A stretch of 42,953 nucleotides of DNA from Pelomyxa schiedti (GCA_020536535.1 JAHLWZ010000638.1:1-42953), one strand, 5' to 3'; shown: positions 1-11,670, numbered from the stretch's first letter. Made by a program: numbers and translations. The notes: generated by a model from the sequence alone, not told the origin.

Positions 1-443
1 ACCAACACACCCGTTATTTTTCTTTGTTTTTCTGTTTTCTCTCCCCAAGTTCCAACCGCAAAATCGCGAACCCCGCCAAGTGTAAAGAGCCCCCCAAACT
101 CCGATTTTTTGATGGTGGTATTTTCAAAAAACGCCTCCTCAACCTGTCATTTTTAACGCTCAATTCTCCAGTCATTTGCACACCGGTGTAATTCTATGAG
201 TTAGAGCGGAATGCAAGACACCGTGCAGATGATTTTTGTTGTTTTGTCCGGCCCTCCCGGGTTTAAAAAAGCGCAATGAGTAGGGGGCCTCAGAGTCGTG
301 GTCAAATGTGCCTTGGATAGAGTCCATCACAGAAAATTCGTCAAAAACCGACACAAATACCGGTGGATGTGTCAGGACGCCTTGCCACCGTTTGACTTAC
401 ACCCAACACTTTAGCAGGCAAACGAAGTCAAGAAAAAAAAAGG

Positions 444-449
444 TTTATT
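444..449 (-). promoter_or_regulatory. Putative polyadenylation signal AATAAA of the fusion gene
   Basis: tttatt on the + strand, about 30 nt downstream of the TAA stop, followed by a T-rich tract on the minus strand. Confidence 0.5.
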
Positions 450-478
450 AGGTGCTCTACGCAGCGTGGAATATTTTG

Positions 479-3400
479 TTAGGGGAGATAGAAGTCCATG
501 TAGAAGGGGCAGTGGTCACTCGCTTCGAGGCCCCTGTGAGAATATTAGTTGATAAGGCAAATGTGACTTGATTTCACGCACTTTGTATCAGTGTATCGTT
601 CCCCGGTATATCTGGCAGCTTGGTGTGTGATTCCCTTGCGCAGCACTTGCGGGACAGTATCTCTATTCTTGGGTGCCATAGACAGATACCTGTTTTTTTT
701 TTTTTTGCTGTTAACTTTTATTGTTGCAAGGGGAAGACGAGTGACCTGGAAGGAAGAATGTAATCGAGCTGCTTGTATTCGCGGCCTTTCTTGTAGTAGT
801 GCGTCCATCGTTCGTCCTCATCTGGTATCCTCTCAAGAACATTCTCCAGATTTGGGTTGTAAACCAGGGGCGTGACTCCACTCTCTTGATCATCTGGCCC
901 GGCACAGTAATCATTGAAGTCACCAAGAACAATCACGTTTCCTCTTATCTCTGGGCCATATCTTGTTTGGGATTAAGGTGAGTAAGCCATGTAATAGTAA
1001 TGATGATTAAAGATACTCCTGACCTCTCATTAAGGATTTCAACTACTTTGTTGACCTGCAAGATCCTGGTGCCCCTGGTTTCGTCACGCCCGCCCATCAT
1101 GGACTTGAAGTGATTGACAAGAACATGAAGCTGCTTGGAACCCACCTTGACCTCGACTTCTAGACAGTCCCTACTGAACAGTGGGGTATCGGACTTTGGC
1201 TTGAGCTCGTCCCTGTGTGTCCGGATCACTCCCAGGGGGTACTTTGACAGCAGGCCCACGTTGATGTAGCGCTGGTCATTGCCTTGGATGAGAAGGCGAT
1301 GGGGGTACATCGAACCGAGGTAGCTCTTGTTGAACATGTCAAGGAGCACAAGATCTTCAACCTCCTCAAGGGCTAGAATATCAGCGTTGACCTCGCGGAT
1401 GCAGTTGGCAGTGAGTCTCTTCTCGGGTTCGTCAAAGATTGACAGAGCCGTATCCGAGATTGTCCACCCGCCCTCGAGCTTCTTCCTGATTTCGGCCTCG
1501 TCCTTCTTCTTGAAGTTGAACCTCTTGAACAAGTTCTCGCAGTTGAACGTGCAGACTCTCACACAAACATCGCCTTCATCTCCCTCCTGCACTTCCTCAT
1601 CCTCCGCCGGCTCCTCCACTGGTTTTACCACCGGCTTTGCTGGTTTTGCCCTGCCACTTCTTCTGTGTGGTGCACCCAGCGGGACTTCCCTGACCTGCGT
1701 GGCGAACGGCAACAGCGGGAGCGAGCACGCTATGTCGTGGTGGTCTAGGGTTATTACGGGCAGAATAGGAGCCTCCGCCTGCTCATACTCGAATGTGGAC
1801 GCCTTGTACCTGGCTTCCGCGATGTTTGGTGCACAGCTGAAGCCTGGGATGGCCATCTGTACGCATATCAGGCTATTTCCGCAGGCCTCATTGACGGCTT
1901 TGAGGTTGTGAGCTCGGTCGTCGAACACGGCCACCGGGAGGCCGAACCTCACCTTGATCTCAGGTTGCTTATTTGCCTTGTTCTGCTCGTCGCTTACGTG
2001 AGCCAGGTCTGGGTTCCCAAACAGCAACCTGTCAGCTTCTGTGCTCCTGATTTCACGCAGAGCGTATACAGTTGGGGCCAGCTGAACGTCAAGCCACCTT
2101 CCACTGATGTAAACAACAACGCCACCCAGCTTCTCGACCTGATTGATGAAGTTGAGAAGACCAGTGGTGGGAATGTCGTTAGCCATGAGGTTAAGTGCTC
2201 CCCAGAAAGCAATGTGGAATGATGACCATACTGTAGCATTTGGATCGGTTCGGGGTAACCATTTATATTCCGTAGCACTTGGCGGTGTCCATTTGAGGTG
2301 TGGGTATTTGGAAACAATCTAAATCGATTTTTGTTAGAATGGGGAACACTGGGAACTACTATTTATATATATAGCGTGTATTGGACAAAGACGGGAAGAA
2401 GCAGAGGGAAAGATATAAACTCACAAAAGGAATTTGAGCAACAAATCCTTGCCAAGCTTCATATGCATATCCCGGGAGGATACCACCAGTATACCTCTGT
2501 GGGTCAGTCTTGAACTCCTCAATATCCCAGTCTCTTCCAGCTTGCCTCAATGCATTTACAGTGCGTTCATAAGGAATCAGTGACGTGAGATCCAAGTCAA
2601 GTTCCACAACTGGTACCACTCCAGTCTTTACGACTTCCTTGATCCTGTCAAATACCGCCTTGAAGGCATCACTCTGCTCCTTGGCAGTGACACTGGGATT
2701 GAGGGTGAGAGTTGTGCGATCCCTTGTATAGAATCCCTTCTCGGTCTTGGGGTTGAAGTTCTTCTTTCCAAAGTATGCCATTGTGATGCCCTTGGTGAAC
2801 AAGCCGACCTCAACAACGCCTGGTATTGACTGGATTTCCTCTTCTAGGAGTCCCGGGTGTATCATCTGCTTCTCGTCAAACAGAGCGTCAATAATGAAGT
2901 TGGCATTGTCAGTTGCATATGGAATTGGGATTCCGGGGTTGTCGCTGCTGGGTTTGCCTACTCTGAGCTGGGGGTCTGTAGATGGTCCGTAGCGCTGCCT
3001 GAGGGCTAAGATGACCCTCTCCACAGCGAGTGGGGTGACTTCAATGGGCACCCTGACACCTGCTAACGTCTCACAGTCTTTTTGCCAGTGTGCCACAATG
3101 ATAAACACAGAAGCCGAAGCGGCAAGAACCTTCTCTTGAAGGAGACAGCCACCGCCACCCTTGACTACATTGAGATAGAGGTCGCACCTATCGGCACCAT
3201 CAATATCCACATCTACTTTGGGTGAGTGCTTCAAGTCACTCACGTTCAACTTGGCGTGGAGAAGCGAGTCTCTTGTCTCCAGCGAGCTTGGCACACATGT
3301 GATGTTTCTCACCTTCCCGGTATCCACAAGCTTCTTCAACTCTTCAATAACGTACTTCACTGTTGTGCCTGACCCCACTCCAATAACCATGCCGTCCCTT

Positions 3401-6400
3401 GTCACCCACTCTTGTACAGCAGCACGTGCTGCTTCCATTTTGGCTCTCTCTTCCTGCTGCTCGGTGGTACTGTGGCTTGTTGTAAAAGCCATGGGCTGTG
3501 CTAATTGCGGGGTACCAACAGCAGCGGTAGGCTGTTGTAGTACAACATCACGGTATCTCTGGACTATACCCACTACACTGTCAACATCTGACACGCAGTA
3601 TATCCTCTTGCTGTACCCTTTACTCTTTCCAATCAAGTCTTCCCTTTCACTTACGGTAAGAAGAGACTGGAACACAGTGTTCTCAATCCAGAAGTTTTTG
3701 AAGAAGATCATTGGCTTGGAGACATCACCATCCTTCTCTGAGGCGTAGCAGTTGGGGACTGCAAACTGGGCGATTTCAGTGCGAGTTCCTGCACTCCCCT
3801 CCGTGAACAGGATTCCACAGTTGCACATGGTGACAAGTATGTCTTCCCTGACAGCGTTGCTCACGAACTTTGCTTGCTTGGAGGCAAATCTGTTATACGG
3901 TTCGTGTCCATACAACCAGGTTGGAACTCCCAGTGACATCTTCCCTGTGTTTGTTATGAACTTCTCCCTCATTCTGTCAGCGGCTTCCACGTCAGAATCG
4001 GGAGCAGATGTCAGGATATCCAGCTCCTTCTCAAACTCTGGCTCCGGAATATCACACATCCAAGCACCAAAGTTGGCGCTTTCCATGGCGCCAGGCCCAC
4101 CGCCAGTGACAATGGTGAACCCGCTCTTGGCAAGCTTGTATGAGACACGAGCCACCTCCTTGAATACCTCTGAGCCGCGGGCCATGCTGTGGCCGCCCAT
4201 CACGCCCACAATATACCTCCCCTTGTTCTCCTCTTTCAAAGCATCGAGAATTAGCCCATCGTGGATATACTGAGCCAGAAGCTCCAGCTGAGTTTTGTCC
4301 TTCTTCTGCACGAACTGATAGATTTTGTCGTCTACCACGCGGAGCTCGTCAACGGTGTACAGGCCAGTTCTAATTGGATCGAATTCATCAGTGGCGAGCT
4401 TTGGTTTGATAATGATCGCTCCCTGTGCTATTAGCTGTTCCTCAGTGACACCTGGTGGGAACTTCACATCGCCAATAATGTATGCCTCAGAGGGGTCAAA
4501 CACACCCAGGAAATCAGGCACTTTGCTGAAGTCTGTACCGTCGTTGATGACACACCTCCTCAATTTTATTCTGCAGCTCACTGCAGTTGTTACGGGTGCA
4601 CCAGCACTCTCGGTCTTGCTTACTGTAGCGGTAAAACTGGCTGCTGCTAGCTTGGCGGTTTTGGCTGCCGCCTTCTGTATTCGGTGTTCTTCGTATCTCT
4701 TCAACGTATCCAGGGAATCGATTACCTTCAGTGCTTTTGCCTTCAGCTCTGAGTGGAACCTGGGTGGTGCAAATGGAGGGGGAAGAACAGCAGGAGTAGA
4801 TCGAACAGTAAGTGCAGCGGTGGACTTCTCCTCAACGGCGGCTCTCACATTCTCAGTGGCTCTTCTGATCAGCCTGTGTGTGTTCAAGAAGAACCTTATT
4901 TCGTTTGTCTTTGGTTCCCTGTCAACAAGCATGGCCTGCAGCTTCTCCCTCCAGCCGATTGGTAAGAGAGCCTCAATAGCTGGGTGCTCCGTAGCCAGAA
5001 GCTCGCGGGCATGTGACACATACTTGTCATATACGTTCACATCATCTGCCGGAGGCAGCGGTGCATTGAGAGGTGTCAGGGGAGCGCCATGCTGAATGAG
5101 CTCTCCTACACTGGTCTCGTTTTTGCTAAGCATGGCCTTAAAGAGAGCCTCACTGAGCTGGTACTCGGCGCTGGTGTTGGTCCCCTCATAAACCTTGTAG
5201 TCCAGATAGGCCAGGAGCCTGGCAGCACGGCCCATAAGCATCTCTTGCGCCCTATTTCGGTGCTCGAGAATCTCCTTGATTTTGCTGGGGCAGAGGGCAC
5301 CAAGGGATTTGTCAGGCGCCATGTAGTGCAGGTCCACACCAATTCCAACACCGTCCATTCCGGCCTCGACTGGAATATGAATGGTCTCTTTGGTCATACC
5401 AGCAGAGACGTAAGTTATGAGGCCGGCTCTGTGTGCCTCATGGGCCAGAGTTAGCATCTTACCAAAGTCCAGAGTTTTTGACACCGGGATTGAGGGAACC
5501 TCGGACCTTGCGCCATCCCACGTGACCTTGTCAAAGCCACCCTCAGCAGCTATTTTAATTCCTAGCCGTGCGATATCCATGGGTTCCTGGAGTTTTCTGC
5601 CTTGCGATTCACTGTAAATGGGCTGGAACAGGTTGAACGCCGCAGATAGAACCTGTGTAGACTCGTTTCGAGCCACGTTAGCCCGCAGCGCCTTGAGGAA
5701 TCTGATCGCCTGGTTCTCAGTCATATTCTCCACTGCGATTTTGCATTCTGCCACGCCATCCATAAACATTGCGGTGCATGCTGCTCCTGTTTCGTGAACA
5801 GCCTATTTCCAAGAAGTCAGACAAAAGTTCAAGCAGAAAAGAAAGGGAAAAAAAACCTTGAGGAGTTCTGCTTCAAAGAAGTAATTCTGATCTCCAGAGT
5901 GGGAATGGTCCTTAGAGATGGTCGAATACTGTTCCGCAAGCTCGCTAAAACCCTGCCTGTAGCCCAAGCACTCAAAAGGAGGCCTGCCAATGAAGACCGA
6001 GCATGGAGCCTCATCGGCAACATGCATCCTTACTTTGGCTACATCTACGTGGCTGGGAACCCTGTAGGCCTCCACCAAGTTGCGGTCCTGCGATTCTGAT
6101 CTGTCAATCCACTCTGTGTGGACTGTCACTCCTCCGCGAAGAATTTCTTGGTCCTGTTAATTCAGTTCGGTGTTACTTGAGTGATACAGAATATATTAAG
6201 TGAACACTGACCTGGCAAGTTATTTTGAGGTGGTCAGGACCGGGGTCAGTGAGAGCAACATAGGTCTGTGCGCGGGGCCTCCTTCCTGGCAGTCCAAGGG
6301 GCCTGAAACAACGAGGAAGAGCCACGCCAGAGCCAATCAGAGTGTACGCGTAGTGCAGCGCATATAGCTCCGTTGTTGTGGGAGCCCGGGATTGGCTCCG

Positions 6401-7174
6401 GAGCTTGGCAATGGTCTCCTGCATACAAGCCAGGTATCCAGTCTCGCTGAGGCTAGCCACTGTGCGCTGGCCAATTTTGGATGTGGCACTGGGTGGCTCC
6501 GTGGCCCGCACTTGAACTCCCTCAATGCCGCTCTTTACTGTGAAGGCTCCTCCATCATGCACTGGTGGGGTTCCAGAAGGGGGAACCGCCGCGGGCGGGG
6601 CTGCGAAAAGAGAGGTAGACGCGGAGGCAGATGGGAAGATGTCCCTCTTTGTTTTTACGAGCTTCTCGAACAGTTCCCAGAGCTCGTCGGACAGAGTATT
6701 TCCTCCTGATTTTTGGGCGACATCTCCTTGGCCAACTTTTTTGATGGCAGACTCCAGCAGGAAGAGCACTTTGGCCTCGTATTCCTTAAGCCTTAGGTCT
6801 GCAGGGAAGCGAGCAATGAGGTTGTCTTGGATGTACCTCTGGATGTTTCTGAGCATTTCCTCAGGGGTCTGTGGCGTCAAAACTGAGAAAACCGAGAGGA
6901 AACAAGGAAATTCCCATACCTCCCACAGACGAAGTGTGGCCCTGTCGGCACCAACAAACCCGCCTTGTGTGGAGCCCATTTCTTGTTCCAAAGTGGAGCG
7001 CAGGGACGTTGTCATGTCAAACGCCTGGCTGAACATGACAGAGAGAAACTGGCTTGGTGTGCTGGTGAACCAGAATGAGGAGCTCTGAGGTAGCATTAGC
7101 ACAAGTCAAAGGCCATTATGGAGGAGTTCAACCTGTTCGAGCAAACTTTGGCTTGATGCTTGAAGGGTGGTCAT
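479..7174 (-). CDS. Giant multi-enzyme fusion (~2070 aa): N-terminal unknown domain + MfnB-like TIM barrel + LOG phosphoribohydrolase + RpiA + HAD phosphatase + EEP. Exons: 7174-7133, 7084-6920, 6868-6212, 6153-5857, 5802-2425, 2318-1024, 961-746, 689-582, 533-479
   Basis: Eight GT..AG introns of 48, 51, 58, 54, 106, 62, 56 and 48 nt join ORFs 6173-7102, 5803-6129, 2359-5769, 945-2186, 718-936 and 545-808 in compatible phases. Exon sum is 6213 nt = 2071 codons, ending ...GLEASDHCPFYMDFYLP-TAA. Splicing restores split EEP motifs. Exon 1 and the in-frame 51-nt intron are the least certain parts. Confidence 0.88.
482..1565 (-). other. Domain: endonuclease/exonuclease/phosphatase (EEP, DNase I-like fold)
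   Basis: Motifs TFNCENLF, ADILALEEVE, GNDQRYINVGLLS, FSRDCLE, VNHFKS, VIVLGDFND, QLDYIL and ASDH give a complete catalytic set over four exons. Confidence 0.93.
1800..2625 (-). other. Domain: HAD-superfamily phosphatase, split by intron 2319-2424
   Basis: Motif I VVELDLDLT lies in exon 5. Motif II VVYISGR, a candidate motif III Lys (KANK) and motif IV VAVFDD..HN lie in exon 6. Confidence 0.75.
2760..3455 (-). other. rpiA: Domain: ribose-5-phosphate isomerase A
   Basis: Motifs AK..AA..A, IGVGSGTT, DVDIDGAD, VKGGGGCLLQEK, VPIEV, TDNANFIID and IPGVVEVGLF are all present and in order. Confidence 0.95.
3550..4560 (-). other. Domain: LOG/SLOG-family nucleotide monophosphate phosphoribohydrolase, bacterial long-form subtype
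   Basis: Motifs FDPIRTGLYTVDEL, IVGVMGGHS, IVTGGGPGAMESAN, SLGVPTWLYGHEP, NAVRED and GSAGTRTE (variant of PGGxGTxxE). Confidence 0.88.
5200..6440 (-). other. Domain: TIM-barrel enzyme, distantly MfnB (4-HFC-P synthase)/class I aldolase-like
   Basis: Motif succession DGVAECKIAV..QAIRFL / QVLSAAFN / IAAEGGFDKVTWDGA / LAHEAHRAGLITYVSAG / GMDGVGIG follows the C-terminal barrel strands of the MfnB family as I recall them. Recognised by eye; boundaries are approximate. Confidence 0.5.
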
Positions 7175-7515
7175 GCTTGAAGTCTCAAGGTTTGTAGAAA
7201 AAGAAAACGAAAAGTTTGGAGTGTTTTATTGTTTTCTTTCTTCTTTAAAAACCACTTTTTTTGAGTGTTATGAGAATTCACATGCAAAAACAGTACTTCC
7301 CGTACGCGAAAGTTCTTTTGCGCACATAGCATGCAGTGAATTATCTGAAAAGGGGTTCAGAACACACTGTTTTTGTTATGAATGGGGTCTACGCTTTCCA
7401 GGACAGCAAGGCACATCATTCCAAGCGGTGCAGGTAAGATATGTGGTCTGGGTGAGGGATCTTGTGGGCTGAATAGTGTTGCTGTTCTCATGTGTTGTGT
7501 TTGCTTATTGTTTTA

Positions 7516-9146
7516 GACTATTCGGCGAATAACAAATACCGGCTCCTATTCGCTATTCGGTCTGAGTGCGATGTCTAGTGGGAGGACACCCGTTTTTTGT
7601 GACAACCGCGTCGGCTGTTCCTACCATTGCACATCTCAACTTGCACCCAGGCCAATAACCCCCAGAAAAAGGGCTCGCAACAACAAAGGGTCCCAAGTTT
7701 CATCTCAATCACAAAGTACCAAACGCCATCGTGGAGGTTCGCCTTTGGCTTCTACACCCAGACAGACCTTGTCTCCCATCCGTACAAACTTTAACACCTC
7801 CTCCTCCACTTTTTGCTACGTTGAGGCCACCCTCAGCATTACACCTGCCATTGCGGTCACCTATTTCACTTAGAGAGGGTGGAGAGGGTGTGTCATCAAC
7901 AACCACAGTACAATCACTTCAAATCAGCAAAGTTCCATCTTCAGTGTCAGTTAACTTGCCTTACCTAGGTTTTGGTTTTTTTTGTTTAACCACTCAACTT
8001 AAGTTAAACTAGGTGAACCACACACATCCTGTGGAAGAAAGAGAGACAGCTGCTTCGCATCCTACTTCTACCAATGTAGCAATGAGACCTGCATCTAGAC
8101 GAAAAAAACCCCACCGGATATCTGAGCCATCACCATACCCAGAACACTTCACCAAGATCTCTCAAAATGAAAAGCCACGCTGGAAATGCAAATTCTGCAG
8201 TTGTGCCCTCTCAGTTCAATCATCTGGCACAACTACCCATCTAAAGTTACATCTGGAGAACTGTGAACCTTTCTTAGCATACCTACGTACGAAAAGAGTT
8301 TTACTTATCTCATACAAAAAAAAGCTGCCAAAATGATAACTTTAGGATACATAAACCCAAAGAAACCAATCCCAAAGATCCTGAACTCCACCTTGAACAA
8401 TTTTCTTATAACTCGCTCAAGGTATTAGATCTTACTCTTATTTACTTTTCTTAAAAGAGACAGACAAGAATTGGAGGAACAGCGGGTTCTTCTACTGTTA
8501 ATTAAGGGGATGCTGCCTTTTTCTAAAGCAGAAATTCCTGAAATGTGGGGTAATGGTTTCACTCCAAAAAGCAGAGAGACAATGAAATCTAAAGCCCAAC
8601 ACCTTGAACAAGAGCTCTTGACACATGTTAAATACCCCTCCATTGTGAAAACTGATTTTTTTTTAGATGCATAGCAAGTATGACAAGTTGTCTGTGATCC
8701 TCATGAAAGACATTTGGACTTCCTCAACTGGTGTATTGTTACTACTTTTTTGAGTCCGCTATATGGATGACAATTTTCTATGTCATCAATTTACTCCGGA
8801 GGTTGTATACTTACCCCAAAAACACACTTCCATCAATATTTTGGACTATACTAAGGTTTGTTTAATTACAAAGCTTTTTCCTTCACATACTCACCAGGCA
8901 ATCATTACTAAATGGCAATGGAAAGTTATTGTGGAGGTATTTAATCACTTTAAAGTTTGATTTATCTAAGGTAATAAGGTTACTGATGGTGCTTCCAATA
9001 TGGAGTCATCGGTTCAACAACTGAACCACCTTTGGGTTCATTGCTATGCTCACCGTTTGAACCTTTGCATGCAAGAAACCACAGCCTTTTCTTGCAAAGG
9101 TTAGATAAATTTTTTTTTTGTCACCTTTAATATTAAAATAGATTAA
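7516..9146 (+). mobile_element. hAT-superfamily DNA transposon remnant, copy 1 (BED finger + 5' part of transposase, 3'-truncated)
   Basis: BED finger WKCKFC..SSGTTTHLKLHLENC; hAT motifs DIWTS, VTDGASNM and HCYAHRLNL. Near-identical to 21919-23580. Frameshifts present. Confidence 0.85.
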
Positions 9147-9384
9147 GGTTACGTCCGTAATCGACTCGATCACCTCTATTCTTTCGACGTTTACCGACCC
9201 TATCGAATCTGTTATCGAACAGCAACAAAAACTTTGGATGCAGGATCACCTGATCAAATCTGTTATTACAATAAAAACGCTGTGAACGAAGCGGGTTTTT
9301 ATTAACCCACATGTCAGACGTTGTTTCTCAATTGCAGGAGTTGCTCGAGCTGTGCAAGAAAAACAGTGTCACAACTTGACAAAC

Positions 9385-9530
9385 AAAAAAATTGTTCTTC
9401 TTATTGGTCCAACCGGTGCAGGTACAACTGCTCTCCTCAAAAACAAAATGAACCCAAAAACTCATGTACCTTCACACAACTACCAAAGGGAAGACACTCA
9501 CTGCACACTTTCTTGCTGGACACAAGATCA
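9385..9530 (+). pseudogene. Degenerate P-loop (small GTPase-like) fragment
   Basis: IVLLIGPTGAGTTALL is a Walker A motif lacking the Lys; the fragment runs into an assembly gap. Confidence 0.3.
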
Positions 9531-9634
9531 TTCANNNNNNNNNNNNNNNNNNNNNNNNNNNNNNNNNNNNNNNNNNNNNNNNNNNNNNNNNNNNNNNNNN
9601 NNNNNNNNNNNNNNNNNNNNNNNNNNNNNNNNNN

Positions 9635-9744
<110 letters not shown>

Positions 9745-11307
9745 CCAAGCGAGTCACTTGGGGAACGTGTCACTGGCTGCTCCCGCTATTGTGGCATTCA
9801 CTCTATGAGATTTTACCTGGGACGGAGTCTGTTGACATGACCATAAGAGAGATGCCATTCTCACGTTTTCCTACAACTTAGCACTGGGAAACATGGATGA
9901 AAGCATACATGGTTTTCCTGAATACTTTTTTTGTTTGGATTAATCAACATTTTTATGGGCTGTAAAGGTTGATGTACAGAATCCAAAAGTTTGGCCCAGT
10001 CAACTCCCCATCAGAAAAAAAAAACTTCCCTTTGCACTGTTCAGATGATTATCAAAACCAAACGTGCGAATATTATAGATACATTATGTTACCTGTGTGC
10101 ATAGGAAATATGTATTTCTGGCGCATGCCAGAGCTGCTAGTACGCTGCGTGAATCAAGAAAGAAAGAGACTTACCCCAGGAAGCTCAGCTCGCCGCTGTT
10201 GCTATACAGCTTGGTATTACCTATTGAAATCAAATCAACACATTTTCCTAACATTTGCAAAGGTAATGATTGAAGATGCAATTCAACTATATACCAACGG
10301 TGGGGGGCACTACGATTTATTAAATAAGTTGCTTCAGGTCACTAAGCCCCTTTGTGGGATATCGAGCATATCCATTGCTGAAGGTCATGCTTCCCACACA
10401 TGTAACTGTGTTTGGTGCACCATGGGGATGCTTTGTTGTATGTGAATATGAGGCACTTGGGCTTGGCGACCACCACGAGCTACCAGCTCTCCACAAAGCA
10501 ACTAGTTGACGCTGTTGTCACCAACCGGAGTGGTGCATGCCCTTTTCTGCTGGTGCCACCAACGCAATAACCGAAGTTTGGCACTACACCCGAAAGGTTG
10601 CTGAAGCAAATAAGCCAAACCGGAATCAACCAACCACCTGACAACTAAAGGGGCAGAAAGTGGGGGTGGGCACACGGGGAGACACATGAAGGGTGAAGAA
10701 GCACCTCCTGCAAGCAGCATGCTAGACAAGAAGAAGGCCCCCACCCCAGCCGGGGAACCTGCGGCCAAATCCTCCCTGCAAGCAGCCAAGTAATCCATCC
10801 GCAAAGCGCCACAAGAGGGATGACTCTCCTCCCACTCGGAATCAGACAGAACAAACACCAGGCAGCAACGGCACCATCATCCCCCATCGCCATAAGGCAA
10901 TCCAGCAGTGAGTGAGGTAACCCCCCCTTGTGATTCCAACCACGAAAGGTCAGGGCCAAAAGAGGCACAGGTTCCCCGGTCCCCATGGGGAGCCACTCTT
11001 CCGCCTTTCTGGTATTTATTTAGAAGACGGAGGAACTCTCAGTTGCTTGTACCTTTTTCTTTCTTTCTTTCTTTATTTCTTTTTCTATTTTTCTACTGTC
11101 CCAAAAAACCAATTTTCTGCGAGTTCCACGACAAAACTGCCAAAAGACCCACAACATCAATTTTTTTTAAAAAAATTGCTCCCTGTAGGCGGTGCCTCGA
11201 CTCTAATCTACTGCAGCAGTAACAATACTAATAATCCCCTACAGCGGACTCATTTCCGGCCACGCCCTGTCGACGACGCTTCCACTGCAAAGCAGCCAAT
11301 ACAAAGA

Positions 11308-11670
11308 ATGAATCAATTTACGTGGTTGCGCCGCGATGCGGAATCCAACAGATGGCATTTGAGTGCAGGGCCGGTGGGCGGGCCTCCGGCGACCCCCGGT
11401 ACGACGCCAACCACATCGACGTGGATCGGCACTGCCCCAGTTACAGGAGATGGGCGTGAGGGCAACGAAACCACGAGTACCTCCACGCCTATCGCCACTC
11501 CTGCCCTGCCCCCGGCAACTGTTCCCCCGGGCTACGGCACCGCGGCTGCGATCCCTGCTGCTCTGACCACCACTCTCCCACGAACTCTCGGTCTCGCCGA
11601 CGTTCCGGCGAAAGATCGCCCTTTAATCTCTGCCGTGGAAGCGTGTCTTAGTTCAGGGTTTGTAATCCTT

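Noticed and set aside
2231-2280. Possible extra intron (cag acceptor at 2231-2233)
   Set aside because: The frame is open from 2318 through 2186, so no intron is needed.
2359-5769. Treating the 1136-aa and 413-aa ORFs as separate genes of a bacterial operon
   Set aside because: The ORF ends read into intron-like pyrimidine-rich sequence, GT-AG splicing joins them in frame, and the HAD and EEP motifs are complete only after splicing.
1327-7088. Long + strand ORFs (e.g. 4325-5095, 3752-4273, 1327-1911)
   Set aside because: They are antisense shadows of the fusion gene with no motifs.
9143-9300. piggyBac-like insertion at the TTAA where hAT copy 1 ends
   Set aside because: No CCY-starting TIR or matching second end is visible, and TTAA is common in AT-rich DNA.
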